64,000 bases of DNA, taken from positions 9,568 to 73,567 of the forward strand of contig PMBS01000254.1 in NCBI GenBank assembly GCA_003153015.1, given 5' to 3'. The translations under genes and the position numbers were made by a program. Source of the stretch: Myxococcales bacterium. GTDB taxonomy: Bacteria; Myxococcota_A; Polyangia; Fen-1088. Position 1 is the first letter of the stretch; every line of letters begins with the position of its first letter. The notes below the pieces were generated by a model. The model saw nothing but the letters and a program-made list of their open reading frames with translations. It was not told the origin of the DNA and did not search any database. Shown here in pieces: positions 1 to 10,070 of the stretch.

Positions 1-248
1 TGCGTAGCGTGAGCGACGAAAGGCTCACTGAAACCGAGCTCCATTCCGACAAGAAATTTCGACAGAAGACATCGGGCCAGGATTCGATCCAACGAACCAC
101 TTCGAGCCAGGCGATCCGGCTTGCGCTCTTGCACGGCCGTGGGTTGCTGCAGGGGCTTCGAACATAGCGCATTGGGCAATTATACGCCTTCGGCCAAAGT
201 CCAGCATATTCCACTCCATGGCATCTATTTCACCATGCAATCTCCCTT

Positions 249-842
249 CTACTCCATCACGCCCGCGTCCGCGCCCGCCAGAACCACTGCCCCCTGGCGC
301 AAGACCTGGACGCTCTCGCCGCGCACGCGGGCCAGGGTGCTGGGCTGGCCTCCGGGGGTAGTGCCGCCGTCGAGGATCAAGAAGCGCGGCGAACTAAAGT
401 AAACGGCGACCTCGCTGGCGGTGCGGGGTGGGGCTGCGCCTGCGGGGTTGGCGCTAGTGGCGGTGATGGGGCGGCCCGCGGATTCGACCAACGCTTGCGC
501 AAGTGGGTGCGGCGACACCCGAACTGCCACGCAGCCCTCAGTCACGATCGACGCGGGCACGCCCGGTCGCGCGGGCAGGGCCAGGGTCAGCGGGCCGGGC
601 CAGTAGCGCGCCATCAAACGCTCGGCCGTCGGCGAAATCTCGACACACAAAGATGCCAGCATCTCGCGCCCTGAAACCAGGAGCGAGAAGGCCTTCTCTG
701 CCGCGCGTCCTTTTAGGGCGCGCAACTTGGACAGTGCGCTCTCATTGAGGGCGTCGACCGCCAGGCCGTAGAAGGTCTCGGTTGGAAAGGCGACGACTTC
801 GCCGCGAGCAATGGCCGCGGCTGCTGCAGCGATGTCTACCAC
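249..842 (-). CDS. tsaC: L-threonylcarbamoyladenylate synthase (YrdC/Sua5 family)
   Basis: 197 aa ORF with YrdC/Sua5 motifs (FPTETFYGL, PGPLTL, SANPAG); its start overlaps the purE stop by 7 nt, consistent with an operon. Confidence 0.75.
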   Translation of the reverse strand: MVDIAAAAAAIARGEVVAFPTETFYGLAVDALNESALSKLRALKGRAAEKAFSLLVSGREMLASLCVEISPTAERLMARYWPGPLTLALPARPGVPASIVTEGCVAVRVSPHPLAQALVESAGRPITATSANPAGAAPPRTASEVAVYFSSPRFLILDGGTTPGGQPSTLARVRGESVQVLRQGAVVLAGADAGVME

Positions 843-1339
843 TTCTCGCGCACTTCTGCGTCGGCCTCCAAAACCTTCTGCAGCCGCGCCTCGCGCTCGC
901 CCGCCACGGCCTTGGCCAGCTTGGCATCGCCGAGCGCGATTATCTGTGCGGCCAGCAATCCCGCGTTCTCCGCGCCGCCAATGGCCACAGTGGCCACCGG
1001 AATTCCTGGGGGCATCATGGCGGTGGACAGAAGCGCGTCCATGCCTTGCAAGCTGCCGGCCACAATGGGCACGCCAATCACCGGGTGGGTGGTGTGTGCG
1101 GCCACTGCGCCGGCCAAGTGGGCTGCGCCGCCCGCGCCGCAGATGAAGACCTTGGTGCCTGCCTTAGCCGTGTCGCGCACATACGCCGCGGTCTGCTCGG
1201 GCGTGCGATGGGCGGACAGCACGCGCACGTCTACGCTCAGGCCGAGCTTGCGGCAGGTTTGCGCCGCTGGTTTCATGATCTCGAGGTCGGATTTCGACCC
1301 CATAAGAACGGCTACGTCGCTTCCTAGCTTTCCGCTCAT
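836..1339 (-). CDS. purE: N5-carboxyaminoimidazole ribonucleotide mutase
   Basis: PurE-like sequence (KLGSDVAVLMGSKSDLEIM, SAHRTP, class I PurE motifs). Start taken at the internal Met giving MSGKLGSD, with an ATGA overlap with the purD stop. Confidence 0.85.
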   Translation of the reverse strand: MSGKLGSDVAVLMGSKSDLEIMKPAAQTCRKLGLSVDVRVLSAHRTPEQTAAYVRDTAKAGTKVFICGAGGAAHLAGAVAAHTTHPVIGVPIVAGSLQGMDALLSTAMMPPGIPVATVAIGGAENAGLLAAQIIALGDAKLAKAVAGEREARLQKVLEADAEVREKW

Positions 1340-2655
1340 GTTCGTCCTCGCAGGCCAATGTCTTTTCGAAAATGCATGCCTCTCCACCCAATACGGTCGA
1401 TTCCGGCGTACGCCCGTGCGCGCGCCTCATCCAAGTCCACGCCCCGCGCGGTCACGCCCAGCACGCGGCCGCCACTGGTGAGCAGGCGCTGTCCGTCACG
1501 CTTGGTGCCGGCGTGAAACACGACCAAGTCTGTGCCCTCGCCGGCGAGCTGGCCGTCCTCAGCCAAGCCGTCGATCGCGTCGCCGCTGCGCACTTTGCCG
1601 GGATAGCCCGCGGCTGCCAGCACCACGCACACCGCGATGCCGGGCGACCAGGTCGGTGAGCCGCCCGGCAGCTTGCCCTGGGCTGCGTGGAGCAACCAAG
1701 GCAAAAGGTCATCTTGCATGCGCGGCAATACCACCTGAGTTTCGGGATCGCCGAAGCGGCAGTTCCACTCGATGACCATGGGTCCGCGCTCAGGGGTCAG
1801 CATCAGCCCGCCGTAGAGCAGCCCGCAAAACGGCCGGCCCATGGCAGCCATGGCGGCCACGGTGGGCGCAAAGATGGTTCGGGCAATGCGCTCGGTGAGA
1901 GTCGCGTCCACCAGAGGCGAGGGCGAATAGGCGCCCATGCCACCGGTATTGGGCCCGCGATCCCCGTCGAACACCGCCTTGTGATCCTCGGCCGTGGCCA
2001 GCAACACGAAGCGCTCGCCATCGCACAGGGCCATCATGGAACACTCGCGGCCAAAGAGCCGCTCCTCGATCACCACGGCGGCGCCCGCCTCGCCGAAGCT
2101 GCGGTCTAGCAGCATGGCGCGGGCCGCGGCCTTGGCCTCGTCGTGGCTCGACGCGACCACCACGCCCTTGCCCGCGCACAGCCCGTCAGCCTTGACCACC
2201 ACGTCGCCGGGCTGACCGTCGATGAACGCCTCGGCCGCGGCGAGGTCATTGAAGCTGCCGTAGGCCGCGGTAGGCACTTGGGCGCGCTTCATCAGGTCCT
2301 TGGCGAATCGTTTCGATCCCTCGATCTCGGCGGCTGCCTGCGACGGGCCGAAAAACGCAATCCCCCGCTTGGCAAAGGCATCGCCCAGTCCCTTGGCCAG
2401 GGCCGCTTCCGGGCCGCACACCACGAAATCAATGCGTTCGCGCTCGGCCAGCGCCAGCAGATCAGCCACCGCCTCGGAACCCACCGGCGCCAGGGTGACC
2501 TTGCCAGCGCCCGGCCCCTTGCCGCGGCCAAGGGCCTCGATGCCGGGGTTGCCTGGCGCAGCCACCAGGTGAGCGCAAAGCGGGCTCTGCAGCAGCTTCC
2601 AGGCCAGGGCGTGCTCGCGCCCGCCTGAGCCGACGAGGAGAATCCTATGTTGCAT
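1336..2655 (-). CDS. purD: phosphoribosylamine--glycine ligase
   Basis: N-terminus [24 protein letters not shown]-grasp body and PurD C-terminal domain; start placed at Met 32 of the track ORF. Confidence 0.9.
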   Translation of the reverse strand: MQHRILLVGSGGREHALAWKLLQSPLCAHLVAAPGNPGIEALGRGKGPGAGKVTLAPVGSEAVADLLALAERERIDFVVCGPEAALAKGLGDAFAKRGIAFFGPSQAAAEIEGSKRFAKDLMKRAQVPTAAYGSFNDLAAAEAFIDGQPGDVVVKADGLCAGKGVVVASSHDEAKAAARAMLLDRSFGEAGAAVVIEERLFGRECSMMALCDGERFVLLATAEDHKAVFDGDRGPNTGGMGAYSPSPLVDATLTERIARTIFAPTVAAMAAMGRPFCGLLYGGLMLTPERGPMVIEWNCRFGDPETQVVLPRMQDDLLPWLLHAAQGKLPGGSPTWSPGIAVCVVLAAAGYPGKVRSGDAIDGLAEDGQLAGEGTDLVVFHAGTKRDGQRLLTSGGRVLGVTARGVDLDEARARAYAGIDRIGWRGMHFRKDIGLRGRT

Positions 2656-2973
2656 CTGGAGATTCGTCAGAGGGGTCGACAACCGATAGCCCTGCGGACT
2701 TTGCCTTGTCGGCACGAGACGCCGGGGTGCTTCCGGCCGGCCGGGCATCCAGCATGAAGTGCGGCTCGCGAATCACGGCGAAGCGGCCACCCAACATGAA
2801 CGCCGGGGTTCTGACTGCGGGTGGTGAAACGGCTGGCGCCATCCAGGAACGCACGACCGGTATGCTCTTGCTGGACGACTGCTTGGGCTGCAGGCCCTTT
2901 GACTGTCGACTGTCGTTAGTCAACTGCCGACTCCTTCCTGACCTCGTCAATAACGAAGTCGCAACCGATCCCA

Positions 2974-4527
2974 CTAGTGCCGGAAGTGGCGCTCGCCGGT
3001 GAAGACGAGTGCAAGCTTGTGTTCATCAGCCGCGGCGATGACTTCGGCGTCGCGCACGGATCCGCCGGGCTCGATAATGGCAGTGACGCCGGCCTTGGCA
3101 GCTTCGTCCACGCCGTCGCGGAAGGGGAAGAAGGCGTCGGAGGCGAGCACCGAGCCGGCCAAGGAGGAGCGCGCCTTGGATACCGCCAGCTTGACCGAGT
3201 CCACGCGCGACATCTGGCCCGCGCCCACGCCCAGGGTGCGGCCGCCGCCCACGAACACGATGGCGTTGGACTTCACGTGCTTGGCCACGCGCCAGCCGAA
3301 GTCGAGGTCAGCCAGCTCCTGCGCAGTGGGCTTGCGCGCAGATACGATCTTGCCCGCCGAGGCCGCGCAGGTGGTGATGTCGCTCGATTGCACCAGCATG
3401 CCACCCGAGATGGCGCGCAGGTCGAGTTGCCCGGCTACGCCGGGCGCCAACTTGGCGCGCAGCAAGCGCAGGTTCTTCTTGCCGGAAAAGACCTGCAAAG
3501 CTTCGGGTGTGTAATCGGGCGCCACCACGCATTCGAGAAAACCTTCGCCCATCATGCGCGCCAGATCCGCGTCGGCGGTGCGGTTGAAGGCCACGATGCC
3601 GCCAAAGGCAGACGCGGGGTCGGTTTCCTTGGCCAAGCGAAAGGCTTCATTGACACCCTTGTCGGACACGGCGATGCCGCAAGGGTTGGTGTGTTTGATG
3701 ATGCACGCCGCGGGGGTTTCAAATTCCGCACACAGCTTCATGGCTGCGTCCAGGTCGAGCAGGTTGTTGTAGGAAAGCTCCTTGCCCTGCAGCACCTCGG
3801 CCTTGGCCAGCGACATTCCCGAAGGCGCGTCCCATGAATAGAAGGCGGCCTTCTGGTGGGGGTTCTCGCCGTAGCGGAGCACGCGCTCCAGGTGCAGCGA
3901 GGGGTGCATGGTGGCGGGGAAATCCGAGGCGACACTGCCGTTGTCCGCCAGACGGCCGAGGTGGCTGGCGATGGCACCGTCGTAGGCAGCGGTGTGGGCA
4001 AAGGCCTTGCGGCAAAGCTGGAAGCGTAGGGCGGCCGAAACCTCACCCTTGCTTTCGATCTCGCCCAGCACGCGGTCGTAGTCCTTGGGATCGACTACTA
4101 CGGCCACGCGTTCGTGGTTCTTCGCCGCCGAGCGCACCATGGCCGGGCCGCCGATGTCGATGTTTTCGATGACCTCGTCGAAGGCCGCCCCGCGCGCCAC
4201 GGTCTCGCGGAATGGGTACAGATTCACCACCACCAGATCGATGGGATCGATCTTGTGCTCCTTCATCTGCTTTTCATGCTCGGGCGTGGGCCGGCCCAGG
4301 ATGCCGCCGTGCACGCGCGGGTGTAGCGTCTTCACCCGGCCGTCGAGCATCTCGGGGAAGCCGGTGAAGTCGCTCACGTCGCGCACGGTGAGCCCGGCTT
4401 CGCGCAGCGAGCGCGACGTGCCACCGGTGGAGAGAATCTCGACACCCAGCTTGGCCAACCGGCGGCCGAGATCCACAACGCCGGTCTTGTCGGAAACCGA
4501 GATGAGGGCGCGCGTCACCTTGCTCAT
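2974..4527 (-). CDS. purH: bifunctional AICAR formyltransferase / IMP cyclohydrolase
   Basis: 517 aa with MGS-like N-terminal domain (ALISVSDKTGVV) and AICARFT domain motifs; full length. Confidence 0.9.
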   Translation of the reverse strand: MSKVTRALISVSDKTGVVDLGRRLAKLGVEILSTGGTSRSLREAGLTVRDVSDFTGFPEMLDGRVKTLHPRVHGGILGRPTPEHEKQMKEHKIDPIDLVVVNLYPFRETVARGAAFDEVIENIDIGGPAMVRSAAKNHERVAVVVDPKDYDRVLGEIESKGEVSAALRFQLCRKAFAHTAAYDGAIASHLGRLADNGSVASDFPATMHPSLHLERVLRYGENPHQKAAFYSWDAPSGMSLAKAEVLQGKELSYNNLLDLDAAMKLCAEFETPAACIIKHTNPCGIAVSDKGVNEAFRLAKETDPASAFGGIVAFNRTADADLARMMGEGFLECVVAPDYTPEALQVFSGKKNLRLLRAKLAPGVAGQLDLRAISGGMLVQSSDITTCAASAGKIVSARKPTAQELADLDFGWRVAKHVKSNAIVFVGGGRTLGVGAGQMSRVDSVKLAVSKARSSLAGSVLASDAFFPFRDGVDEAAKAGVTAIIEPGGSVRDAEVIAAADEHKLALVFTGERHFRH

Positions 4528-4639
4528 GGGCTGGTTTCTATCACAGCCGCGAGCGTCGATGGGAGGTCACATTAAAACGGAACGAGATCGCCAGGTTGGC
4601 GGATGAGCGCCTGCGCAGCCGGGCGGCTTGCGCCCGCGC

Positions 4640-5044
4640 TCAGGCCGGCGAGCGCCGATCCGCGTTCCGTGCCCCCACGCCATCGGCTCGCGGCGAACCC
4701 TCGTCCGACAGCAGAAGCTCAGCAATCCGCTGGTGCGTGAGCGCGCTGACCACCATGGGATCTGGTGTTTCAGTTATTCTCCAACCGCTTTCGACTGGCA
4801 CCAGGGAGAGCTGCGTGGCGTCGGTCGCGTCGGGGGAAGCATCACCTACGTTCCAGTCGCTGTTCCGGCGCTCCGTCCACGGATCGTCTGCGGGTTGCGT
4901 GGTGTCCGACTGGCTAGGGGGAGCGTCGCCCACGTTCCAGCCGTCGCTCCGGCGTTCCGTCCGCCATGGATCGTCTTCGGCGAGAGAAGTGATCACGCAG
5001 GCTTCTTGTAGAATTCTCATGCCTGATCCGTACTCCGATTGCAA
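4640..5044 (-). CDS. hypothetical acidic protein with internal 29-aa tandem repeat (DDPW-TERR-SDGWNVGDA)
   Basis: 134 aa ORF; the protein repeat matches a ~87-nt tandem duplication at ~4845-4975; no recognisable family. Confidence 0.4.
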   Translation of the reverse strand: MQSEYGSGMRILQEACVITSLAEDDPWRTERRSDGWNVGDAPPSQSDTTQPADDPWTERRNSDWNVGDASPDATDATQLSLVPVESGWRITETPDPMVVSALTHQRIAELLLSDEGSPRADGVGARNADRRSPA

Positions 5045-5481
5045 AAAGTCGTCGGCGCCGTCTTGGCAACATTTGCGTGGCGCGCCTGTGACACGGGCTG
5101 GGACTTGATGTCGCCTATTGGAACACGGCGCAGCGCGATGCGTCTAATTCAATGTGCCGGTTGTGCAAGAGTTTTCCATCACGTCACCTGTTCGTTTCCG
5201 GAGCTCGCCAAACTCTGCCCCATGAGATCGGAACGCCGTTTGGCCGCCAGCCGGGTTGACCGGGCACATGTCCCGACCGGCCCTCCAGCCGTGCGCCGGA
5301 TTCCAGTTGCCCGAGCCGACGACACGCCTGGTGTTTCCGTGCTCAGCAGGACGCTAGCCAGGACAATCATAACACCTTCGCGCCCCAAGATCGCCTCGCG
5401 TCGCACGAGTCTCGGTTGCCTGGCCGAGGACGCGCCTCGCTGCGACTGGACGGCCGCGGCTCGCACAGGAGTTCACCTATC

Positions 5482-6198
5482 ATGACTGAGCAGGTGTGCA
5501 TTGACCGAGAATACCAGGATGACGTTCGGCGCTTGCGTGTACAACTGATCATGATGGGCGGTCGGGTCGAAACCCTCCTCGGCGCCAGCGTAAGGGCACT
5601 CACCGAGCGCGACCCCGAACTGGCCCACCGAAGCGTCGAGTCCGATTGCGCGGTCGAACAACACGAGATCGCGGTCGATTGCCTCTGCCGCAGAATTCTC
5701 GCGCGTCGCCAGCCGTTGGCCTCGGATCTGCGCTTCGTCACGAGTTCGCTCAGACTCGCGACCGATCTTGAGCATATTGCCGATCTGGGCGTCAGCATAG
5801 GACGGTGCGCGCTCGATCTGTGCGCCGAGGCGCCACTCCAACCCGAAGTGGGCCTTCCTCGCATGGCCACCGAGGTCGAGTCTATGTTGCACGAAGCCCT
5901 CGATGCGTTCGTCACGTCCGATGCAAGCAAAGCCGAGAAGGTCATCGCTCGTGACCGGTTAGTTGGCAACCTTTCCGCCCAGATCTTTTGCGAATTGCTT
6001 ACCCACGTAGGCGAGAACACTCAATGCATCACGCGGGTTTTGCGGCTGCAGTCAGCCGTCAAGTACGTTGAGCGCGTCGCAGACCATGTCGCCAACCTAT
6101 GCAAGATCGTCGCATTGATCGTTGGCGGAGAAGGTGCTCGCGACGCCGACAACTCGGGAGATTCTATTCGTGCTGTTCCGAACCACGAAAGAAACTGA
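5482..6198 (+). CDS. phoU: phosphate signalling complex protein PhoU
   Basis: Two PhoU repeats (DxxxDxLEL-type helices: RDPELAHRSVESD; LATDLEHIADLG; VERVADHVANL). Start placed at MTEQ rather than the upstream Met. Confidence 0.85.
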   Translation: MTEQVCIDREYQDDVRRLRVQLIMMGGRVETLLGASVRALTERDPELAHRSVESDCAVEQHEIAVDCLCRRILARRQPLASDLRFVTSSLRLATDLEHIADLGVSIGRCALDLCAEAPLQPEVGLPRMATEVESMLHEALDAFVTSDASKAEKVIARDRLVGNLSAQIFCELLTHVGENTQCITRVLRLQSAVKYVERVADHVANLCKIVALIVGGEGARDADNSGDSIRAVPNHERN

Positions 6199-6214
6199 AG
6201 AGACTCGCAGCCTG

Positions 6215-7057
6215 ATGACCCGAACTCCGACGGGCCACGGCGCGCAGCCCACGCGTGCCCCGCAGCCGCTTAGCGCGGAGACGGCGCGCCGGTGCAAGGC
6301 TCGAGTCCTGCTGGTGGAGGACGAGGCGGATCTGGCCACCAGCCTCTCCTACAATCTGGAAGCGGCCGGCTACCAGGTGTCGAGCGCGATGGACGGCACA
6401 GCGGCACTGCGGCTGGCGACTGCCCAACCACCGGACATCGTTCTGCTGGATCTCATGCTGCCCGACATATCGGGACTGGAGGTGTGCCGACGGATTCGCG
6501 CCAGCGGCCAGACGCCTCAGCCGATCGTGATCATGGTTACCGCACGCGGTGAAGAGGTCGACCGCGTGGTGGGATTCGAGGTGGGTGCTGATGACTACTT
6601 GGTCAAGCCGTTCAGCGTACGCGAGTTGCTCCTCCGCATGGAGGCGCGGCAGCGCGCCCAAAGCGTTGCCGACGAGCACGAGCACGTCGGCACAGCCGGA
6701 GCTGCGCCGGGCAAGGCTCGCATCACCATCGGCAACCTCGAGGTTGACTCCGACTCCCACCAGGTCTTCGTCAATGGCAGCGAGGTTCACGTGAGTGCGC
6801 TCGAGATGCGTCTTCTGTTGCACCTTTTGGCAGTGCCAGGGAAAGTCCGCTACCGACGCGAGCTGCTGACCGAGGTGTGGGGCTACCACCCGGAGGTCTC
6901 CAGTCGGACTCTGGACACCCACGTGAAACGACTGCGCCAGAAGCTGGGCGAGGTCGGTGCCTACATCCATACGGTTCGCGGGGTGGGCTATCGCATCGTC
7001 GCACAGTCCGCCACGTCTGAGCCGCGCAAGCGAGATCCGGAAGGCAACAAAGGCTGA
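6215..7057 (+). CDS. OmpR/PhoB-family response regulator (paralog 1)
   Basis: Receiver domain (VLLVEDE, DIVLLDLMLPD, VKPF) plus winged-helix domain (LTEVWGYHPEVSSRTLDTHVKRLRQKLG, GVGYRI); start uncertain (Met at 6122 or 6215). Confidence 0.8.
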   Translation: MTRTPTGHGAQPTRAPQPLSAETARRCKARVLLVEDEADLATSLSYNLEAAGYQVSSAMDGTAALRLATAQPPDIVLLDLMLPDISGLEVCRRIRASGQTPQPIVIMVTARGEEVDRVVGFEVGADDYLVKPFSVRELLLRMEARQRAQSVADEHEHVGTAGAAPGKARITIGNLEVDSDSHQVFVNGSEVHVSALEMRLLLHLLAVPGKVRYRRELLTEVWGYHPEVSSRTLDTHVKRLRQKLGEVGAYIHTVRGVGYRIVAQSATSEPRKRDPEGNKG

Positions 7058-8787
7058 CAAAGATCGCGGCCAGTCGGGGCGATGGCATCGCGGGACAGGC
7101 CCAGCAGCGAAGCCAACGTGCGGGTGAAGGCATCGAAGCGTAGCGGTTCCGTGACCAACGTGCCTGCGGGCACACGGCCCGGCGCCCGCAGGTAGAGCGG
7201 CACGCTGCGGTCGAAGCGGCGGGGCGAACCGTGGTTGGTGCCCAGACCCGGATCGAGCTCGGCATCGAAGAAATCGTCCTGGTCCAGCTCGACGAAAAGG
7301 TCTGCGGCTACCTCGACCGGAAGCGACCGGCACAAGAGAGCGTCTGCGCGATCCGGGGAACAGGTGCGGGCGACCTGACGCACGTCCAGCACGGTGCGCA
7401 CGCGGAAGGACTGGCGCAAAGCCTTCTGGGCCACGCGGACGAGCCGCGCCTGATCTGCCGGCGCGACGGACGGCTTGGTCAGGTAGACAAAGGGGCCAGC
7501 CACGCCAGCAACCCAAGGTCCGGGACCGCCAAATTCGCGGGTCAAGGCACTGTCCAGAACCTCGCGCACGGTGTGTCCGGCTGCTGTGGAGCCGGCCTTG
7601 GCAGCTCCGCGCAGACGTCGAGTGGGGGCACAGGGTCGTTGCCAGGGGTCTGGGCTGGCGCACCAGGAGCGCTCGGCCGGCGCCAATTCAGGCAATGGGT
7701 TGATGCCGTGATCGCCGGTAAGGATGACGGCATAGGCGGTCGCGCCCACGGTCGCGTCGAGGAACGAGAAGAACCGCGCCAAGGCCTGGTCGAGCCGCAG
7801 CAGCTCGTCCCATGCCTCCCAAGACTGTGGCCCAAAGAGATGCCCGATGTAGTCGTTGGCGGAGAGCGACAGCGCAAGGAAGATAGGCTTGGAGGAATTC
7901 GCCGGATCGTTTACCGCCGCCTCCGCTAGCCCGAGTACGAGGTCGTCACCGAAGGGCGTGGAGCGCAGGGCCTCCGCCGATGAAACCGCGTGAGGGAAGT
8001 GATTCCCGAGAATGTGCGTCGATTCGCCCGGGTGAGCATCATTCGGGTAGGCATGTCGTGCGACCCACGCGCGCTCCTCCCCTTCCAGGGTCCAGGGTTT
8101 TTGCAGCAGTTTGGCCAAAGCCCCGCCGCCTCCGGCGTTTGCCGCCCATTCCGGCAGTTGCCCGTCCCCGGCAAACGGATTTGAACTGACCATGCGGGCC
8201 GACTTGGTGTCGAGCCACAGCACGAGGTCGGGATTGCGGCCGCCGCCAAACAACGCGCCACGATCTTTGAGAGAGAAACTGAATATGCGTCCCTTCGGAT
8301 GCGCTGCGCGCCACAGGTCAGCAACTGTGGCCACGTCCGAACGGAGGACTATGAGTGAGCTGCCCTCACCCTGCACAGACGTGCTGTCGGCAGCAACCAG
8401 GCGCGTGGCGCGATCACGAAGAATCGACACCTTGTCGACGTCACCCGGCCGGAGAATCTCGTTCGAGTAGATTCCGGTCTCGCGCGGCACACGCCCGGTG
8501 TACAGCGCCGCATGCCCGGGCGCGGTCTCGGTGACCGCATGCTGGAACTCCATTTCGCGCCCATAGAGTCCCTCGCGGCTCAGGCGGGTAAAGCCGCCGT
8601 TCGCAGGCAACTCTTGCGCCCGCTCTGCCATCACCCACGCCGCCAGTTGATCCACCACGATCGCCACCACCACGCGATAGCCTGTCCCGCCTGCCGGGCC
8701 AGTGGAAACCAGCTCACGTGTGGCATGGCACGTGGACAGGGCCGGCAGGGCGAGCGTGAGCGCGAGAAACCCAGATCTACTCATTGC
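6988..8787 (-). CDS. alkaline phosphatase / phosphodiesterase-family metalloenzyme (secreted)
   Basis: Signal peptide MSRSGFLALTLALPALS and alkaline-phosphatase-superfamily core (ILTGDHG, LSLSANDYIGH). Its 3' end overlaps the convergent response regulator by ~70 nt. Confidence 0.7.
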   Translation of the reverse strand, partial: AMSRSGFLALTLALPALSTCHATRELVSTGPAGGTGYRVVVAIVVDQLAAWVMAERAQELPANGGFTRLSREGLYGREMEFQHAVTETAPGHAALYTGRVPRETGIYSNEILRPGDVDKVSILRDRATRLVAADSTSVQGEGSSLIVLRSDVATVADLWRAAHPKGRIFSFSLKDRGALFGGGRNPDLVLWLDTKSARMVSSNPFAGDGQLPEWAANAGGGGALAKLLQKPWTLEGEERAWVARHAYPNDAHPGESTHILGNHFPHAVSSAEALRSTPFGDDLVLGLAEAAVNDPANSSKPIFLALSLSANDYIGHLFGPQSWEAWDELLRLDQALARFFSFLDATVGATAYAVILTGDHGINPLPELAPAERSWCASPDPWQRPCAPTRRLRGAAKAGSTAAGHTVREVLDSALTREFGGPGPWVAGVAGPFVYLTKPSVAPADQARLVRVAQKALRQSFRVRTVLDVRQVARTCSPDRADALLCRSLPVEVAADLFVELDQDDFFDAELDPGLGTNHGSPRRFDRSVPLYLRAPGRVPAGTLVTEPLRFDAFTRTLASLLGLSRDAIAPTGRDLCQPLLPSGSRLRGSDVADCATMR

Positions 8788-9287
8788 GTGCGACCGGAGG
8801 GAGCGCCTGGCGAACTCCCGGGGCAATCCATTGAAACGGCTCGACTTGAGTTGTCCTGGACAAGCTCGCTGCCAGCGCGACGAAATGCCCATGCCGGCGG
8901 CGGTCTCCCATCAGCGGCGAAAGGAACGAAGCCACAGCGGCCAAGCAACAAGAAAAAGCGCGTCCCAATCCCAGGCACACGGCATGCGTTTGCCTCGAAA
9001 TCGCTGTGGAAGCTGCCACAGATCACGAAGTCAAAACCTGGCAAGCGAGGTGACGCGTGATCCGCCACCATGCTCCACGCGGCGGATGGCTCATCAAGCG
9101 CGATCACTCGGAACCCTCTGGCGCGAAGCACTCGGCTCATCCAGCGTCGGGACTCTGCGTCCTGCAGTGCGACCAAGATCCGGGAAGACGGCTGGACACT
9201 GACCGGTTGGCCACCGTTGTCGTTGAATGCGCGGGTATTGAAATCTCTGCATGCGATGGAAGTGGGTGTGAGAGTCGAGGTCGCCAT
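8781..9287 (-). CDS. possible degenerate receiver-domain protein upstream of the phosphatase
   Basis: Frame continues upstream of the phosphatase start with a 4-7 nt overlap. Translation has a CheY-like pattern (ILVALQDAES...GFRVIAL...FDFVICG) but the acidic pocket is degenerate; only the C-terminal ~168 aa from an internal ATG is reported. Confidence 0.3.
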   Translation of the reverse strand: MATSTLTPTSIACRDFNTRAFNDNGGQPVSVQPSSRILVALQDAESRRWMSRVLRARGFRVIALDEPSAAWSMVADHASPRLPGFDFVICGSFHSDFEANACRVPGIGTRFFLLLGRCGFVPFAADGRPPPAWAFRRAGSELVQDNSSRAVSMDCPGSSPGAPSGRTQ

Positions 9288-9552
9288 GGGTCTGGTCCTT
9301 TCGCTTGACCAAGTATTGGCCAACTCCCCAGTCACGCTCGTGGCACCTCGGTGACAAGTCGGAAGAGAAACCGGGTTGGCGTCCTCCACCTTGCTCTGGT
9401 GGCGAGGGCGAAAGCGTCCGAACCGGGTCTCGCAAATGTCGCGCAACGGTAACGCTGTGTTCACGGAGACCCCGCTATGTTGGGTTTGGGTTCCACAGCT
9501 ACTACCCAACCTGCGAACCACAGTCAACCGAACCCGTGATTTGGAGGAGGAA

Positions 9553-9849
9553 ATGAACGACCCAAATGCAAATTCGCACGAAAAGCCGAGCAATTGCGTC
9601 CCTGGCGAGCGGGAAAGAAGGAACGTGCCGGCCGTCATTCCGAACAAGAATCCATGGGACGACAACGAACCCACTTGGCCGGGGACGGAGTACGACGACG
9701 ATGAGGCCGTGGCCGACGGGATGTGCGACGACGACAATGACCCGCCTTGGCCGTGGATGTCTGCGCTTCTCGCCTCTCCGCAACCGTCGCTGTGGGACGA
9801 AGCCATCGCCAGGATCCTCGCCTCCAAGTCCCGCAGCGACTCGGTCTAA
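9553..9849 (+). CDS. small acidic Trp/Asp-rich hypothetical protein
   Basis: ATG preceded by a perfect GGAGGAGG Shine-Dalgarno; 98 aa; local GC lower than surroundings; no family recognised. Confidence 0.45.
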   Translation: MNDPNANSHEKPSNCVPGERERRNVPAVIPNKNPWDDNEPTWPGTEYDDDEAVADGMCDDDNDPPWPWMSALLASPQPSLWDEAIARILASKSRSDSV

Positions 9850-9856
9850 TCGCCTA

Positions 9857-9873
9857 GGGAGCCAGGGTTCCCA
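9857..9873. repeat. REP-like palindromic repeat copy (GGGAGCCagAGGGTTCCCA variant)
   Basis: Imperfect inverted repeat of the same family as 9928, 10071 and 59331. Confidence 0.6.
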
Positions 9874-9927
9874 TGATCGCGTAGGCGAAGGCGGGCTTAG
9901 CCCGCCGGAGCCAGAGCGCGGGAGGGT

Positions 9928-9952
9928 GTGGGAACCCTTTCAGGGTTCCCAC
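9928..9952. repeat. REP-like perfect palindrome GTGGGAACCCT-ttc-AGGGTTCCCAC
   Basis: 11-bp perfect stem with 3-nt loop read directly; preceded by a second palindrome GGCGGGCttaGCCCGCC at ~9890-9907. Confidence 0.7.
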
Positions 9953-10070
9953 ATCAAAAGTGGGCCACCCAGGTCCAGGAGATTGCGACGAACCCAGGCG
10001 GCCCACAAATCCGACACGCGGGATAGCCTCCCGCGTGTAACGCCTCCGTCACGGATCGGACAACTATTGG

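Noticed and set aside
2977-3837. 286-aa plus-strand ORF
   Set aside because: Antisense to purH.
6164-7663. 499-aa minus-strand ORF overlapping response regulator 1 and the phosphatase end
   Set aside because: Antisense to two genes with clear homology; Arg/Ala/Pro/Gly-rich low-complexity translation typical of spurious ORFs in GC-rich DNA.
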